DNA of 64,000 nucleotides from assembly GCA_965213675.1 (NCBI GenBank), contig OZ243916.1, positions 832,001 to 896,000 on the forward strand, given 5' to 3'. The notes under the pieces were generated by a model. It worked only from the letters and a program-made list of their open reading frames with translations. It had not been told where the DNA came from and did not search any database. The DNA comes from an uncultured Candidatus Binatia bacterium. GTDB taxonomy: Bacteria > Desulfobacterota > Binatia > UBA9968 > JAJDTQ01. This document shows positions 17,396 through 26,968 of this stretch, in pieces; the first letter of the stretch is position 1, and each line of letters opens with the position of its first letter. The translations under genes and the position numbers were made by a program.

Positions 17396-18640
17396 TCACT
17401 CCGTCCTCTGGCCGGTGATGCCCGAAATCTCCTGATCCGAATAACCCAATTCCCGCAACAAGGAAACCGTGTGCTCGCCCAGCAGGGGCGGATCGGTGCG
17501 GCGCGGCAGTTCCGCTTCCCGGAAATCCAGCGGCAGCGCGGGCAAGGGCGACGAGGTTCCATCGGGCGCGGTGAGCGCCGTCCAATGTTCGCGTTCCTTC
17601 AGGTGTGGATGGTCGAACAGGTCCATGGGGGTGTTGATGGGGGCGTGGGGAACGTTGGCCGATTCCAGCCGCGCCACGATGTCCTTGAAGTCGAGAGTGC
17701 GCGCCAACTCCTCGGTGCGGCGCGTCAACCGCCGGAACTCCGCCCGCCGTCCGGCGTTGTCGCGCAGCGCGTCCTCCGCCCAGAGGTCGTCGAGAACGAA
17801 CTCACGGCAATACGCTTCCCATTGCGCGTCGCTGGTGACGCCGATGAACACGTGGCGCCGATCCCGCGTCTCGAATACCCGGTAGATGCCCCAGCCCAGG
17901 TCCTGCCCCACGCCGCGCTCGGTCATGGGCGCCGGCGCCTCGCCGGAAATGCCGGCCTTGGCGATGTGCTGGGACACCAGAAAGACCGCGGTCTCGAACA
18001 GCCCCACCCGCATGGCCTCGCCGGCGACGTCATGGCCATGTCCCGTAGCGGCGACCGGCGGTCGCCCTTGCCCGCGCCCGCCCATGACGTCGCCGGCGTT
18101 CCCGCGTTCGCGTCCCACAAGCGCCGCCAGGACGCCGATGACACTGAACAGCGCGCCGGTCAGGTCCACCACCGACGCCCCCGCCCTGAGCGGCATCCCC
18201 GGCGGGCCGGTCATGTACGCCAGCCCGCCCATCATCTGCGCGGGTTCGTCCAGCAGGTTGCGGTTCTCGTAGGGTCCGGAAAGAAAGCCCTTGATGCCGC
18301 AGTGCAGCAGGCCGGGCCTGATGCGCTGCAACGCGTCATGGTCCAGCCCCATGCGCTCCAGCACGCCCGGTCCGTAATTGTCGATGAGAACGTCGGCGGT
18401 GCGCAGCAACCGCTCGAAGGCCTCGCGTCCGCGCGGGTCCTTGAGATCGAGGGCGACGCTGCGCTTGCCGCCGTTGAAGGCCAGGAAGTAGCCTTGATTG
18501 CCACGGCTGAAACGCGCCTGGTCGCCGCTTCCGGGCCGCTCCACCTTGATGACGTCGGCTCCCAACGCCGCCAGGACGAGGCCCGCCGTGGGGCCGGCCA
18601 CGATGTGGCCGAGTTCAAGGACTCTGATACCGTGAAGCAT
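17396..18640 (-). CDS. Class III CoA-transferase (CaiB/BaiF family) with palindromic in-frame insertion
   Basis: LHGIRVLELGHIVAGP, LGADVIKVE, NGGKRSVALDLK, active-site Asp in SVVDLTGA, and PLLGEHT. Confidence 0.92.
   Translation of the reverse strand: MLHGIRVLELGHIVAGPTAGLVLAALGADVIKVERPGSGDQARFSRGNQGYFLAFNGGKRSVALDLKDPRGREAFERLLRTADVLIDNYGPGVLERMGLDHDALQRIRPGLLHCGIKGFLSGPYENRNLLDEPAQMMGGLAYMTGPPGMPLRAGASVVDLTGALFSVIGVLAALVGRERGNAGDVMGGRGQGRPPVAATGHGHDVAGEAMRVGLFETAVFLVSQHIAKAGISGEAPAPMTERGVGQDLGWGIYRVFETRDRRHVFIGVTSDAQWEAYCREFVLDDLWAEDALRDNAGRRAEFRRLTRRTEELARTLDFKDIVARLESANVPHAPINTPMDLFDHPHLKEREHWTALTAPDGTSSPLPALPLDFREAELPRRTDPPLLGEHTVSLLRELGYSDQEISGITGQRTE
18019..18098. repeat. Intragenic palindrome: 17-bp perfect inverted repeat enclosing a GTAG REP
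   Basis: CGCCGGCGACGTCATGG (18019-18035) pairs with CCATGACGTCGCCGGCG (18082-18098), around GTAGCGGCGACCGGCGGTCGCCCTTGC. Confidence 0.75.
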
Positions 18641-18760
18641 GGTGTCCGATGCGCCGCTGCGGCTACTCGGGCAGGTTCCTAACGAAGCTCCCTTCGCCGT
18701 GTCAAGACGTGCCTTGACGCGGCGGCGCAAGCGCCCCGCGGCAATGGATCCTCGCGTTCC

Positions 18761-20539
18761 TTAACGAAGCCGATCCGGCAACGTCATCTCCAGAAGTCCA
18801 CGGGGGCGGCCCAATCCTGCCCACCGACTCCATTCCGCCAGCGGCGGAAAATGCGTCGCGGCCCTTTCGGCCACGTTGGCCCCTGGAAGCCGCATTTCGG
18901 CGTCCTCGGCCCCGGTCCAAACGTCCACCAGCAACCGCACCGTCGACTTCCGGCGCGGGAACGGTTGCAGGCGGATGGCTGTCTCCGGCGCGATGGCTGC
19001 CGCTTCGCGTACCGCCTGAATCGCGGCCGTATAACCGCCCAGCTCGTCCACCAGACCGCGCTCCCGCGCATCGGCGCCGGTCCAGACGCGACCCTGGGCA
19101 GCCGCCAGCACCTCTTCCCGGGACAGTTGGCGCCCTTCCGCCACCCTGGACACGAAATCGTCGTAGACCGCATCGAGGCGGCGCTCCAGGCGTTGCCGTT
19201 GCGCGGGATCGTAATCCCGTATCCCGCTCCAGAAGGTCGCGTTGGAGTTCGCGGCCACGTGGTCCCAGGAAACGCCGAGCTTTTCCCACAGCCCTTCGGT
19301 CACCATCTTCCCCGCGGCCACACCGATGGAACCGGTGAGAGTCGCTGGCTGCGCCACGATCCGGTTGGCCGGCGCCGCCACCATGTAGCCGCCGGAACCC
19401 GCGACGTTGCCCATGGAAACGACCACCGGTTTACCGCTCCGCCGGGCGCGCGCCACTTCGCGGTGGATCACGTCCGACGCCACGTAGGAGCCCCCCGGGC
19501 TGTCGATGCGGAAGATGATGCCGCGGACATCGTCGTCCTCCGCGGCCCGGCGCAAGGACCGCGCCACGCTGTCCGAACCCATGGAGCGCGCCCCGGTGAA
19601 CGCCTCGTGGCGGCTGCGGCCGCGGTGGATCTGCCCCATGCCGTAGACCAGCGCCACCGTGGCCGTTTCCTCTTCGGTGTCCTTGGCGCGCCCGCGGTAG
19701 TCCGTCAAGGACAGGAATTGGATATCCTTTCCCAGCGCTATACGGACCAGCGCATCCACCTCGTCACGGTACCGCAGGCCGTCCACGAGGTTCGCTTCCA
19801 GGGCTTCCGGGCCGGCCAACGGCGCCCGTTGCATCAGCTCGCGTACTTCTGCGCCGGACAATCCGCGGTCCGCGGTGATCCCGGCGGTCAACTGCTCCGT
19901 CAAGGACTCCAGAATGCGGCCCAGGGCCTCCCTTTGGGGAGTTGTGAAAGCGCTCTCCGTGAAGAGATCCTTGATCCCCTTGTACTGCTCGCGCTGGCCC
20001 AGGCGCGGTTTCACGCCAAGCTTTTCCAGCGTTCCCTTCAGGAAATAGCCTTCCGCCAGAAGGCCCGTGAGGCCAACGTCGCCCGAGGGTTGCAGGTAGA
20101 TGTTGTCGAACGCCGCGGCCAGATAATAGGCGCCGTTGCCGGGTCCGAAGTCACCCAGGGACTGGGCGAAGGCATAGGCCGGCTTGCCCGAACCCCGAAA
20201 AGCGTGCACCGCGCCCCGCAACTCCTGGATGCGCGCCCAACCCAGGCCGGAAGCGCCGACCTGGGCCACCAAGCCCACGACGCGCTCGTCCTTTGCCGCC
20301 CTCTCCATGGCGGCGATGGTCTCCCAGAGGGTCGGCTGCGTCTTCCCGAGACCGCTCCAGGGCGTGAGCCCGGCGCTTCCCAACTCGTCGACATGGCGGT
20401 CGAGGTTCAGAGTGAGCACCGTCCGCTCCGGCACCGGCGCGGTACGCGTGGCGAAGAATAACAGGGCCGCGGCCGTGCCGGCGGCGGCCAGCGTGGCCAA
20501 CGCCCCCACGAACATGAGAAAGATTCGAATGATACGCAT
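18761..20539 (-). CDS. sppA: Signal peptide peptidase SppA, 67K type
   Basis: N-terminal TM anchor and two S49 domains: YYLAAAFD, IDSPGGS, KPVVVSMGNVAGSGGY, TLTGSIGV and GRVWTG. Confidence 0.93.
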   Translation of the reverse strand: MRIIRIFLMFVGALATLAAAGTAAALLFFATRTAPVPERTVLTLNLDRHVDELGSAGLTPWSGLGKTQPTLWETIAAMERAAKDERVVGLVAQVGASGLGWARIQELRGAVHAFRGSGKPAYAFAQSLGDFGPGNGAYYLAAAFDNIYLQPSGDVGLTGLLAEGYFLKGTLEKLGVKPRLGQREQYKGIKDLFTESAFTTPQREALGRILESLTEQLTAGITADRGLSGAEVRELMQRAPLAGPEALEANLVDGLRYRDEVDALVRIALGKDIQFLSLTDYRGRAKDTEEETATVALVYGMGQIHRGRSRHEAFTGARSMGSDSVARSLRRAAEDDDVRGIIFRIDSPGGSYVASDVIHREVARARRSGKPVVVSMGNVAGSGGYMVAAPANRIVAQPATLTGSIGVAAGKMVTEGLWEKLGVSWDHVAANSNATFWSGIRDYDPAQRQRLERRLDAVYDDFVSRVAEGRQLSREEVLAAAQGRVWTGADARERGLVDELGGYTAAIQAVREAAAIAPETAIRLQPFPRRKSTVRLLVDVWTGAEDAEMRLPGANVAERAATHFPPLAEWSRWAGLGRPRGLLEMTLPDRLR

Positions 20540-20644
20540 GGGCACTCCTCGATTGTTCCATCCCGGATCTGTTACACAAGGGGACGGCGCCTGAAACGGC
20601 GCCCGGGGGCGCCGGGGTTTGCCGGCGGCGGAGGCGAGACCATC

Positions 20645-21064
20645 ATGCTGCGGATCACCAGCCGCATCAGCCTGAACGAAGACGAGATCGAGGAGCACTT
20701 CATCCGCGCCTCGGGGCCCGGCGGTCAGAACGTCAACAAGGTGGCCAGCGCTGTCCAGCTCCGCTTCCGCATCCTCGATTCGCCCTCGCTGCCGGATCCC
20801 GTGCGGGAACGCCTGCGGCGACTCGCCGGCACCCGGGTGGACAAGCACGGGGTGTTGACCATCGAGGCCAGGCGCTACCGTGATCAGTCCCGCAACCGGG
20901 AGGACGCCCTGGAACGTCTGGCCGCGCTGATTCGCAAGGCCGCGCAGACGCCAGCGCCGCGCCGCCCCACCAGACCCACCGCCGCTTCACGCCAACGCCG
21001 TCTCGACGACAAGCGCCGCCGCGGGGAGATCAAGAAGTCACGCCACCCCGACGCTGCGGAGTGA
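20645..21064 (+). CDS. arfB: Alternative ribosome rescue aminoacyl-tRNA hydrolase
   Basis: FIRASGPGGQNVNKV, RDQSRNREDALERL and a basic tail RPTRPT...RRLDDK. Confidence 0.95.
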   Translation: MLRITSRISLNEDEIEEHFIRASGPGGQNVNKVASAVQLRFRILDSPSLPDPVRERLRRLAGTRVDKHGVLTIEARRYRDQSRNREDALERLAALIRKAAQTPAPRRPTRPTAASRQRRLDDKRRRGEIKKSRHPDAAE

Positions 21065-21117
21065 TCGCCTGCGCGAGAACTTCCGCTCCCGTTTCGGCCC
21101 TGTTTGGACGGCGGGGT

Positions 21118-21858
21118 TCAGTGCAACGTCGATGATTCGTCGTCCTTCTTTTTTCCCTGGATGACGCGAAGGCGCCGCTTCAATCGCGCCAACTGAAAGC
21201 GATAGTACTCGCGCCGGACCGTGGCCCATGAACGCCTCGGGCTCAGCGTGTAACCCCACTTGAGGTAGAGATAGCCGAACACCATGCCCCCCAGGTGCCC
21301 GAGGTGGGACACGCCGTCGCTTCCCGGGTCGATGGACGAGAAGAAGGCGATGGCGCCAACAATCAGCACGAGAAATTTCATGCGGATGGGGAACAACAGG
21401 TAGAGGTAGACGACGCTGTCCGGGTAGAGCCGCGCGTACCCCAGCAACACGCCGTAGATGCCCGCGGAAGCGCCGATGGTGGGGATGCCCTGATTCGGTT
21501 CGAGGAACAGCACGCACAGACCGCCGCCGACCACGCAGACCCAGTAATACTTGAGAAAGAAGCGCGTTCCCCAGGTCCGCTCCAGGTCGCACCCGAACAT
21601 CCACAGTGCGAGCATGTTGAAGAGGATGTGGAACAGGCCGAAGTGGAGGAACTGATAAGTGAAGAGCTGCCAGACGTGCCCCTCGGTCCAGACGAGTCGG
21701 GGGACCAGACCGAAGGTCCACAGGAGCACGGACCCGCCGAAGGCGGGAAGCTGAAAGACGAAGACCGCGATGTTGACGATGAGCAGGCACGTCACCGCCG
21801 GCGTCACTGTCCCCCCGAAGCTGAAGGAGTCATACGAGGACTGGGGCCGGGGAATCAT
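21118..21858 (-). CDS. Rhomboid intramembrane serine protease
   Basis: WQLFTYQFLH, HILFNM, IGASAG and SHLGHLGG. Confidence 0.93.
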   Translation of the reverse strand: MIPRPQSSYDSFSFGGTVTPAVTCLLIVNIAVFVFQLPAFGGSVLLWTFGLVPRLVWTEGHVWQLFTYQFLHFGLFHILFNMLALWMFGCDLERTWGTRFFLKYYWVCVVGGGLCVLFLEPNQGIPTIGASAGIYGVLLGYARLYPDSVVYLYLLFPIRMKFLVLIVGAIAFFSSIDPGSDGVSHLGHLGGMVFGYLYLKWGYTLSPRRSWATVRREYYRFQLARLKRRLRVIQGKKKDDESSTLH

Positions 21859-21910
21859 GCGTTCAATATAGCGTATTGCACGGGGCGTCGTAAGCCGCTA
21901 AGCGTGGGGC

Positions 21911-22879
21911 ATGAAGATCCTCATCACCGGCGGAACCGGCGTGAACGGCGCGGCCACGGCGCGCCTCCTCGTTTCCCGGGGGCAGCGACCCGTGCTGCTG
22001 GACAACCGGGTGGACCTGTCTCTTGTGGCGGACATCGCGGACGATGTGGACCTGGTCACCGGCGACATCCTCGACGGCGCCGCGCTGCGAGGCGCGGTGG
22101 CGGCCCACGGCGTGACCCACATCGTGCACATGGCGGCGCTGATGCCGGGGCCGGCGGAGGCCAACCCTCCCCTCGCCATGGCCATCGGCGTGGACGGCAC
22201 CCTGAACGTGCTGGAAGCCGCGCGTGCCTGCAACGTGCGGCGCGTGATCTATACCAGCTCCAACGCTTACGTCGGCGACATCCGCGGCAAGCACGGCGAT
22301 CCCGATTTCGTCCCCCTGGACGAATCGCATCCACCCAACCCCGCGGACATCTACGGCGTGACCAAGGTCTGTTCCGAAACGCTGGGCAACTACTACCGCA
22401 AACGCCACGGCGTCGAGTTCGTGGCTCTGCGCTATCCTTCCATCTACGGCCCGGGCAAGCTCGCGCGCCACGGCGTCCTCGCCCTCTATGGCAAGATCAT
22501 CGAGGACGCCATAGCCGGACGCGCGTTCGCGCTCCCCCGGGGCGGCGACCAGCGCAACGATGTCGTCTATGTCGGCGACGTCGCCCACTCCATCGTGCTG
22601 GCGCTGAACGCCGGGCGCCTGACCCAGTGGGTCTTCAACATCGGCACCGCCCAAAGCGTCACACTCAAGGACTTCGCCGCCGAACTGAAACGTCACTTTC
22701 CCGACGCCCGGCTCGACATCGGCCCCGGCCTCGACTTCCGCGACGGCTACAAACAGAGCTACTGCAAGTTCGACATCACGAAGGCAAGGGAACAACTGGG
22801 ATATGCGCCGATGTTCGACCTCGAACGGGGCGTCGCGGACTATATCGAGAGCGTCCGGAAACTCGGGCTGGAGGTGTAG
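21911..22879 (+). CDS. NAD-dependent epimerase/dehydratase
   Basis: ILITGGTG, YTSS, YGVTK and LRYPSIYGPG. Confidence 0.9.
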   Translation: MKILITGGTGVNGAATARLLVSRGQRPVLLDNRVDLSLVADIADDVDLVTGDILDGAALRGAVAAHGVTHIVHMAALMPGPAEANPPLAMAIGVDGTLNVLEAARACNVRRVIYTSSNAYVGDIRGKHGDPDFVPLDESHPPNPADIYGVTKVCSETLGNYYRKRHGVEFVALRYPSIYGPGKLARHGVLALYGKIIEDAIAGRAFALPRGGDQRNDVVYVGDVAHSIVLALNAGRLTQWVFNIGTAQSVTLKDFAAELKRHFPDARLDIGPGLDFRDGYKQSYCKFDITKAREQLGYAPMFDLERGVADYIESVRKLGLEV

Positions 22880-22992
22880 CGCGGGCGCGGTTCGCGCAGG
22901 CCTGAAACGGCGCGAAGAGAGTTTGCCGTTCGTGCCGCCCCCGGGTTTGTGCTATCGTCGCGGGGCGGGGCTGAGGATACGAAATTCACGGA

Positions 22993-23157
22993 CTCGTATT
23001 GCGTTCCGCAAATACGTTGCCGAAGATGCGCAGGAATTCTTGGCGTCGGCGAGACGCGATGACGAGCAGTGGCGTGTGCCACGCGAGGAAGAGCCACGCA
23101 GCCGACGGCAAAAGGGACAGGCGGATTAGTCAACGTATTTGCGGAACGCAACACGAG
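22993..23157 (+). mobile_element. 165-bp ERIC-like/MITE element (family B), copy 2
   Basis: Arms CTCGTATTGCGTTCCGCAAATACGTTG and CAACGTATTTGCGGAACGCAACACGAG. Core GACGCGATGACGAGCAGTGGCG...CCACGCGAGGAAGAGCCACGCAGCCGACG. Confidence 0.8.
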
Positions 23158-23174
23158 AATCAGGAGATCGGGGC

Positions 23175-23777
23175 ATGAAACTCTATCACTTTCCACCTTC
23201 AACGAACTCGTTGAAGGTGCGCATCGCCCTGCTGGAGAAGGGGTTGGAATTCGAGAGCGTCGTTATCGACCTGACCCGGCAGGAACAGAAAGACCCGGAG
23301 TATCTGAAGATTCACCCCTTCGGCCAGGTGCCTGCCCTCGATGACGACGGCTTCGTGGTTTACGACTCGACGATCATCAACGAGTACCTGGAGGAAGAGT
23401 ACCCTCATCCGGCGCTGCTGCCCTCGGATTCCGAAAGCCGCGCCGTGGCCCGCCTGTTGGAAGACTACCGGGACAACTGCGTCAATCCCCACTTCGTGAC
23501 GCTGATTCACGAATACCGGAAACCCGAGGATGAGCGCGACGCCGCGCTGATTCGCGGCACACAGACCTATATCGGTCAGGCGTTCGCCGGCCTCGACACG
23601 CTGCTCCAGGACCGGGAGTACCTGGCCGGCTCATTCAGCCTCGCCGACATCGCCTACATGCCCAACATCGCCCTGCTGGAGCGCTTCCAGGTGCCCCTGG
23701 GTCCCGACTTCAAGAACCTGGCTGGCTGGATCGGACGGTTGCGCACCCGCGCCAGCTACTCCGCCACGCAGAACTAG
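23175..23777 (+). CDS. Glutathione S-transferase
   Basis: KVRIALLEKG, HPFGQVPAL, DSTIINEYLEE and YLAGSFSLADIA. AGGAG RBS. Confidence 0.93.
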   Translation: MKLYHFPPSTNSLKVRIALLEKGLEFESVVIDLTRQEQKDPEYLKIHPFGQVPALDDDGFVVYDSTIINEYLEEEYPHPALLPSDSESRAVARLLEDYRDNCVNPHFVTLIHEYRKPEDERDAALIRGTQTYIGQAFAGLDTLLQDREYLAGSFSLADIAYMPNIALLERFQVPLGPDFKNLAGWIGRLRTRASYSATQN

Positions 23778-23811
23778 CGCCCCGCGGTTGCGGCGCCGCT
23801 GCCCATTTATC

Positions 23812-24492
23812 TTGCCATCGCTGCTTGCCTGGCTGGTACACCTCTACACGGCGCTCGGGGCGGCGGTGGCGTTGTTCACGCTGGCCATGGTGGCCGGCGG
23901 TCGCCATCGCGAGGCGCTGGCGCTCATGGGGTTGGCGCTCGTTCTCGACGCCACGGACGGAACGCTCGCCCGCGCGGCGCGGGTCAAGGAGCGGGTCCCC
24001 CGGATCGACGGCGCCCGTCTGGACGACATCGTCGACTACCTCAACTACGTCCTCGTTCCCTGCTTCCTGTTGCTCTGGGCGGGACTGTTGCCCGCCGGTC
24101 ACGGGTGGATCGCGTGCCTGCCGCTCCTGGCGAGCGCGTACGGTTTCTCACAGACCGACGCCAAGACTCCGGACCATTTCTTCCTGGGATTCCCGTCGTA
24201 CTGGAACGTGGTGGCGTTTTACTGCTACGTGCTGAGACTGAGCCCCTTGTTCAACGCGTTCGTGGTCATCGTATTGTCGGTGATGGTGTTCGTCCCCATC
24301 CGCTACCTGTATCCGAGCCGGAACACCTTCTGCCAGGGTCTGACCATCACCTTGGGCGTTGTTTGGGGCGCACTCTGTTTCGTGGTCGTATTCCATATGC
24401 CCACACCGCCGCCCGGCTTGGCCTGGGCGTCGCTGTTCTTTCCGGTCTACTACCTGGCGGCGTCGTTCTGGTCGCACCTGCGGGCGCGATGA
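23812..24492 (+). CDS. CDP-alcohol phosphatidyltransferase, phosphatidylcholine synthase-like (start uncertain)
   Basis: AWLVHLYTALG, DATDGTLAR...DGARLDDIVDY, FLGFPSYWN and PIRYLYP. Confidence 0.85.
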   Translation: MPSLLAWLVHLYTALGAAVALFTLAMVAGGRHREALALMGLALVLDATDGTLARAARVKERVPRIDGARLDDIVDYLNYVLVPCFLLLWAGLLPAGHGWIACLPLLASAYGFSQTDAKTPDHFFLGFPSYWNVVAFYCYVLRLSPLFNAFVVIVLSVMVFVPIRYLYPSRNTFCQGLTITLGVVWGALCFVVVFHMPTPPPGLAWASLFFPVYYLAASFWSHLRAR

Positions 24493-24545
24493 GCCGGGTG
24501 TGGGGCGATCCCCTGGGCCGTTCGGCGGGGGTCCGGGGCTGGTTC

Positions 24546-25025
24546 CTAACGCGTGGGCTCCATCGACTCGTCGCGGTGGATGCGGATGGCCAGCACGTCC
24601 GCTTCGGCGCACAACTGCTGTTCGCAACTCAACGTGCAATGGATCAGGCTCTTGCGCCCCTCGACCTTGCGCAGGGCGGCGCGCAGTTCCAGGGGTTTCC
24701 CGAGGGGGGTCGGGCGGCGGTAGTTGATGTTCATGCTGGCGGTGACGAAGAACACCCGCGGCGCGCTGCCGATGGGGCGCCGCTCGTCCTGATAGGCGCG
24801 GGCGATGGCGAGATTGAGGCTGTGGCAATCGAGGAGGGTGGCGATGACGCCGCCATTCACTACCTCACGGGTGCCGCCGCTGTGATGCGGCTGCGCGGTC
24901 CACGTGCACACAGCGTCGTCGCCGTCCCAGCGGCTCTTGACCTGGAGCCCCTGCGCATTGGCCGGACCGCAGCCGTAACACAGGGTCGTCGCGCCCTGAT
25001 CCTGAAAGGGCAGCTCCTCGGTCAT
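24546..25025 (-). CDS. PaaI-family thioesterase
   Basis: CYGCG..N..GL, NGGVIATLLDCH and VTASMNINYRRPTP. Confidence 0.85.
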   Translation of the reverse strand: MTEELPFQDQGATTLCYGCGPANAQGLQVKSRWDGDDAVCTWTAQPHHSGGTREVVNGGVIATLLDCHSLNLAIARAYQDERRPIGSAPRVFFVTASMNINYRRPTPLGKPLELRAALRKVEGRKSLIHCTLSCEQQLCAEADVLAIRIHRDESMEPTR

Positions 25026-25072
25026 GCGGTGTCTCCTTCGGCGGATGGGTCTCCGGGCGGACAGTACGCCGT

Positions 25073-25939
25073 CTACCCGGCGCGCGCCACACCCAGCCGG
25101 AGTCGGCCGACTCCTTCGATCTCCGCCACCAACTCGTCGCCCGCCGCCAGTGGCTGCTGAAACTCCGGAGAATCCGGATTGCCGCTGGCAATGAGGTCGC
25201 CCGGCATCAGGGTTCCCACCTGTGACAGGTAGCTGACCAGCCGTGCCACGCCGTTGATCATGCCGCCGGTGCTGGCGGATTGGCGCAGTTCGCCGTTAAC
25301 CCACAGACGCATCTCCAGGGCCTGCGGATCGGGTATCTCGTCACGGGTGGCGATCCAGGGTCCCACGGGCGCGAAGGTGTCGAAGCCCTTGCGCACGCAG
25401 CGGGTGCCCATGAGGTTCTTCCCCGAGCCGTAGCCCCTGGCAGTGACATCCAGAATAACGCTGTAGCCGAACACCGCGTCCAGGGCCTCATCCGCCGGCA
25501 GGTCCCGGCTCTCTCTGCCGATGACCACGCACAACTCCAGCTCGGGGAAAATGGTTTCGGCGTCGCGCGGTATGACGATGTCCTTGCCCGGGCCGACCAC
25601 CGCGGACGGCGGCTTGAGGAAGATGTGCTCCAGCAACTCGTCCGGCGGCCGTTCCCGTGCCTCGCCGCGCCCTCCGGCACTGGTCAGGTTCGCGCTGCCG
25701 CGATGGTAGTTGCCGGCGGCGGCCCAGATCTTCGAAGGCGCCGGCACCGGAGCGGCGAGTTGCGCGGCATCGAGGGCTGCCGGAGTCCCTTGCGAGATCG
25801 CGCGCTCGATGGCCGCCCGGTCCGCCTCATACGCGGCCGCGAGATCCTTCATGGAGGCGCAGACACCGTCGAGAACCACCATCTGAAGGTCTGACGTGAC
25901 CGCGGCCACGGCGCCGTCCTCAAGGGTCGCAAACCGCAT
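25073..25939 (-). CDS. Fumarylacetoacetate hydrolase family protein
   Basis: PSKIWAAAGNY, FLKPPS, ELELCVVIG, DVTAR, KGFDTFAPVGP and PGDLI. Confidence 0.9.
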   Translation of the reverse strand: MRFATLEDGAVAAVTSDLQMVVLDGVCASMKDLAAAYEADRAAIERAISQGTPAALDAAQLAAPVPAPSKIWAAAGNYHRGSANLTSAGGRGEARERPPDELLEHIFLKPPSAVVGPGKDIVIPRDAETIFPELELCVVIGRESRDLPADEALDAVFGYSVILDVTARGYGSGKNLMGTRCVRKGFDTFAPVGPWIATRDEIPDPQALEMRLWVNGELRQSASTGGMINGVARLVSYLSQVGTLMPGDLIASGNPDSPEFQQPLAAGDELVAEIEGVGRLRLGVARAG

Positions 25940-26024
25940 CGCATTTCTCCTGGTTCCCCTCCCTCACCGGGTTGGGGCAAGCTTTCGCGGGACTCATGTG
26001 ACCGGGCTGACGCCGGTTTGGCGC

Positions 26025-26795
26025 CTAATACGAATCCTTCAGTTCCCGGACCTTGGCGAACACGGAAACCGGATCCGTCCCGATCCCGGGGAAGCGGTCG
26101 GCCAGACCCGTCTTGATCTCGTCGCTTTCACAGCGAAGGAACGGATTGGTCGCCAGTTCGTCGTCCAGGCGGGAAGGCACCGTGAACTCATCCCTGGACC
26201 GGAGCGCCTGCACCGCCTCCAGCCGCTGGCGCACCGCCTCGTTGCCGGGCTCCATGGTCAACGCGAACTGCAGGTTCTTCTCGGTGTACTCGTGGCCGCA
26301 GTAGACCAGGGTATCGCCGGAGAGGTCGCGGAGCTTGTCCAGGGAGGACGTCATCTGCTGGGCCGTTCCCTCGAAGACCCGGCCGCAACCGCCGGCGAAC
26401 AAGGCGTCCCCGCTGAACAGCTTTCCGGGGAATACGAAACCGAGGTGTCCGATGGTATGCCCCGGAATGAACAGCACATTGCCGCCCTCTTCCCCCACCT
26501 CGATATCATCCCCCTCCATGAGCCGATGCGTGATGCCCGGAATGCGGTGCTCGTCCACCTTGGCGCCAAACACCTTCAGGTCGGGCTTCTGTCGGAGGAG
26601 ATACTCGTTTCCGCCCGTGTGGTCCCGGTGATGGTGCGTGTTGAGGATCGCGACAAGGTCGACCCCCTCCTCCTGCACCGTGCGCCAGACAGGCTCGCCC
26701 TCGGAAGGGTCCACGATGCTCGCCTTGCGGGTCTTCTCGCAGACCAGGAGGTAGCCGTAGTTGTCCCTCAACAAAGGTATCTGAACGATTCTCAT
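26025..26795 (-). CDS. gloB: Hydroxyacylglutathione hydrolase (glyoxalase II)
   Basis: DNYGY, THHHRDHTGG, PGHTIGH, GDALF.GGCGR, CGHEYT and TNPFLR. Confidence 0.93.
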   Translation of the reverse strand: MRIVQIPLLRDNYGYLLVCEKTRKASIVDPSEGEPVWRTVQEEGVDLVAILNTHHHRDHTGGNEYLLRQKPDLKVFGAKVDEHRIPGITHRLMEGDDIEVGEEGGNVLFIPGHTIGHLGFVFPGKLFSGDALFAGGCGRVFEGTAQQMTSSLDKLRDLSGDTLVYCGHEYTEKNLQFALTMEPGNEAVRQRLEAVQALRSRDEFTVPSRLDDELATNPFLRCESDEIKTGLADRFPGIGTDPVSVFAKVRELKDSY

Positions 26796-26968
26796 GGGCG
26801 CCTTTATAGCAAAACGGGATGGCCCGGACCATAGCCCGTTCACTTCGGCGCCCTTGATGACAGCCGGTGAGCAAGCCCTTGCCAGCGAATCGCCGAGCGG
26901 GAGTCGCCTCATGGATCGGCCGCGACGCCTGGATTGACCTGCGGCAAGGGTTCGCCTAACCTGATTTC

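Noticed and set aside
18676-18705. TTGACA boxes at 3737, 18700 (minus) and 57428 (minus) as promoters
   Set aside because: No convincing -10 hexamer at 16-18 nt spacing.
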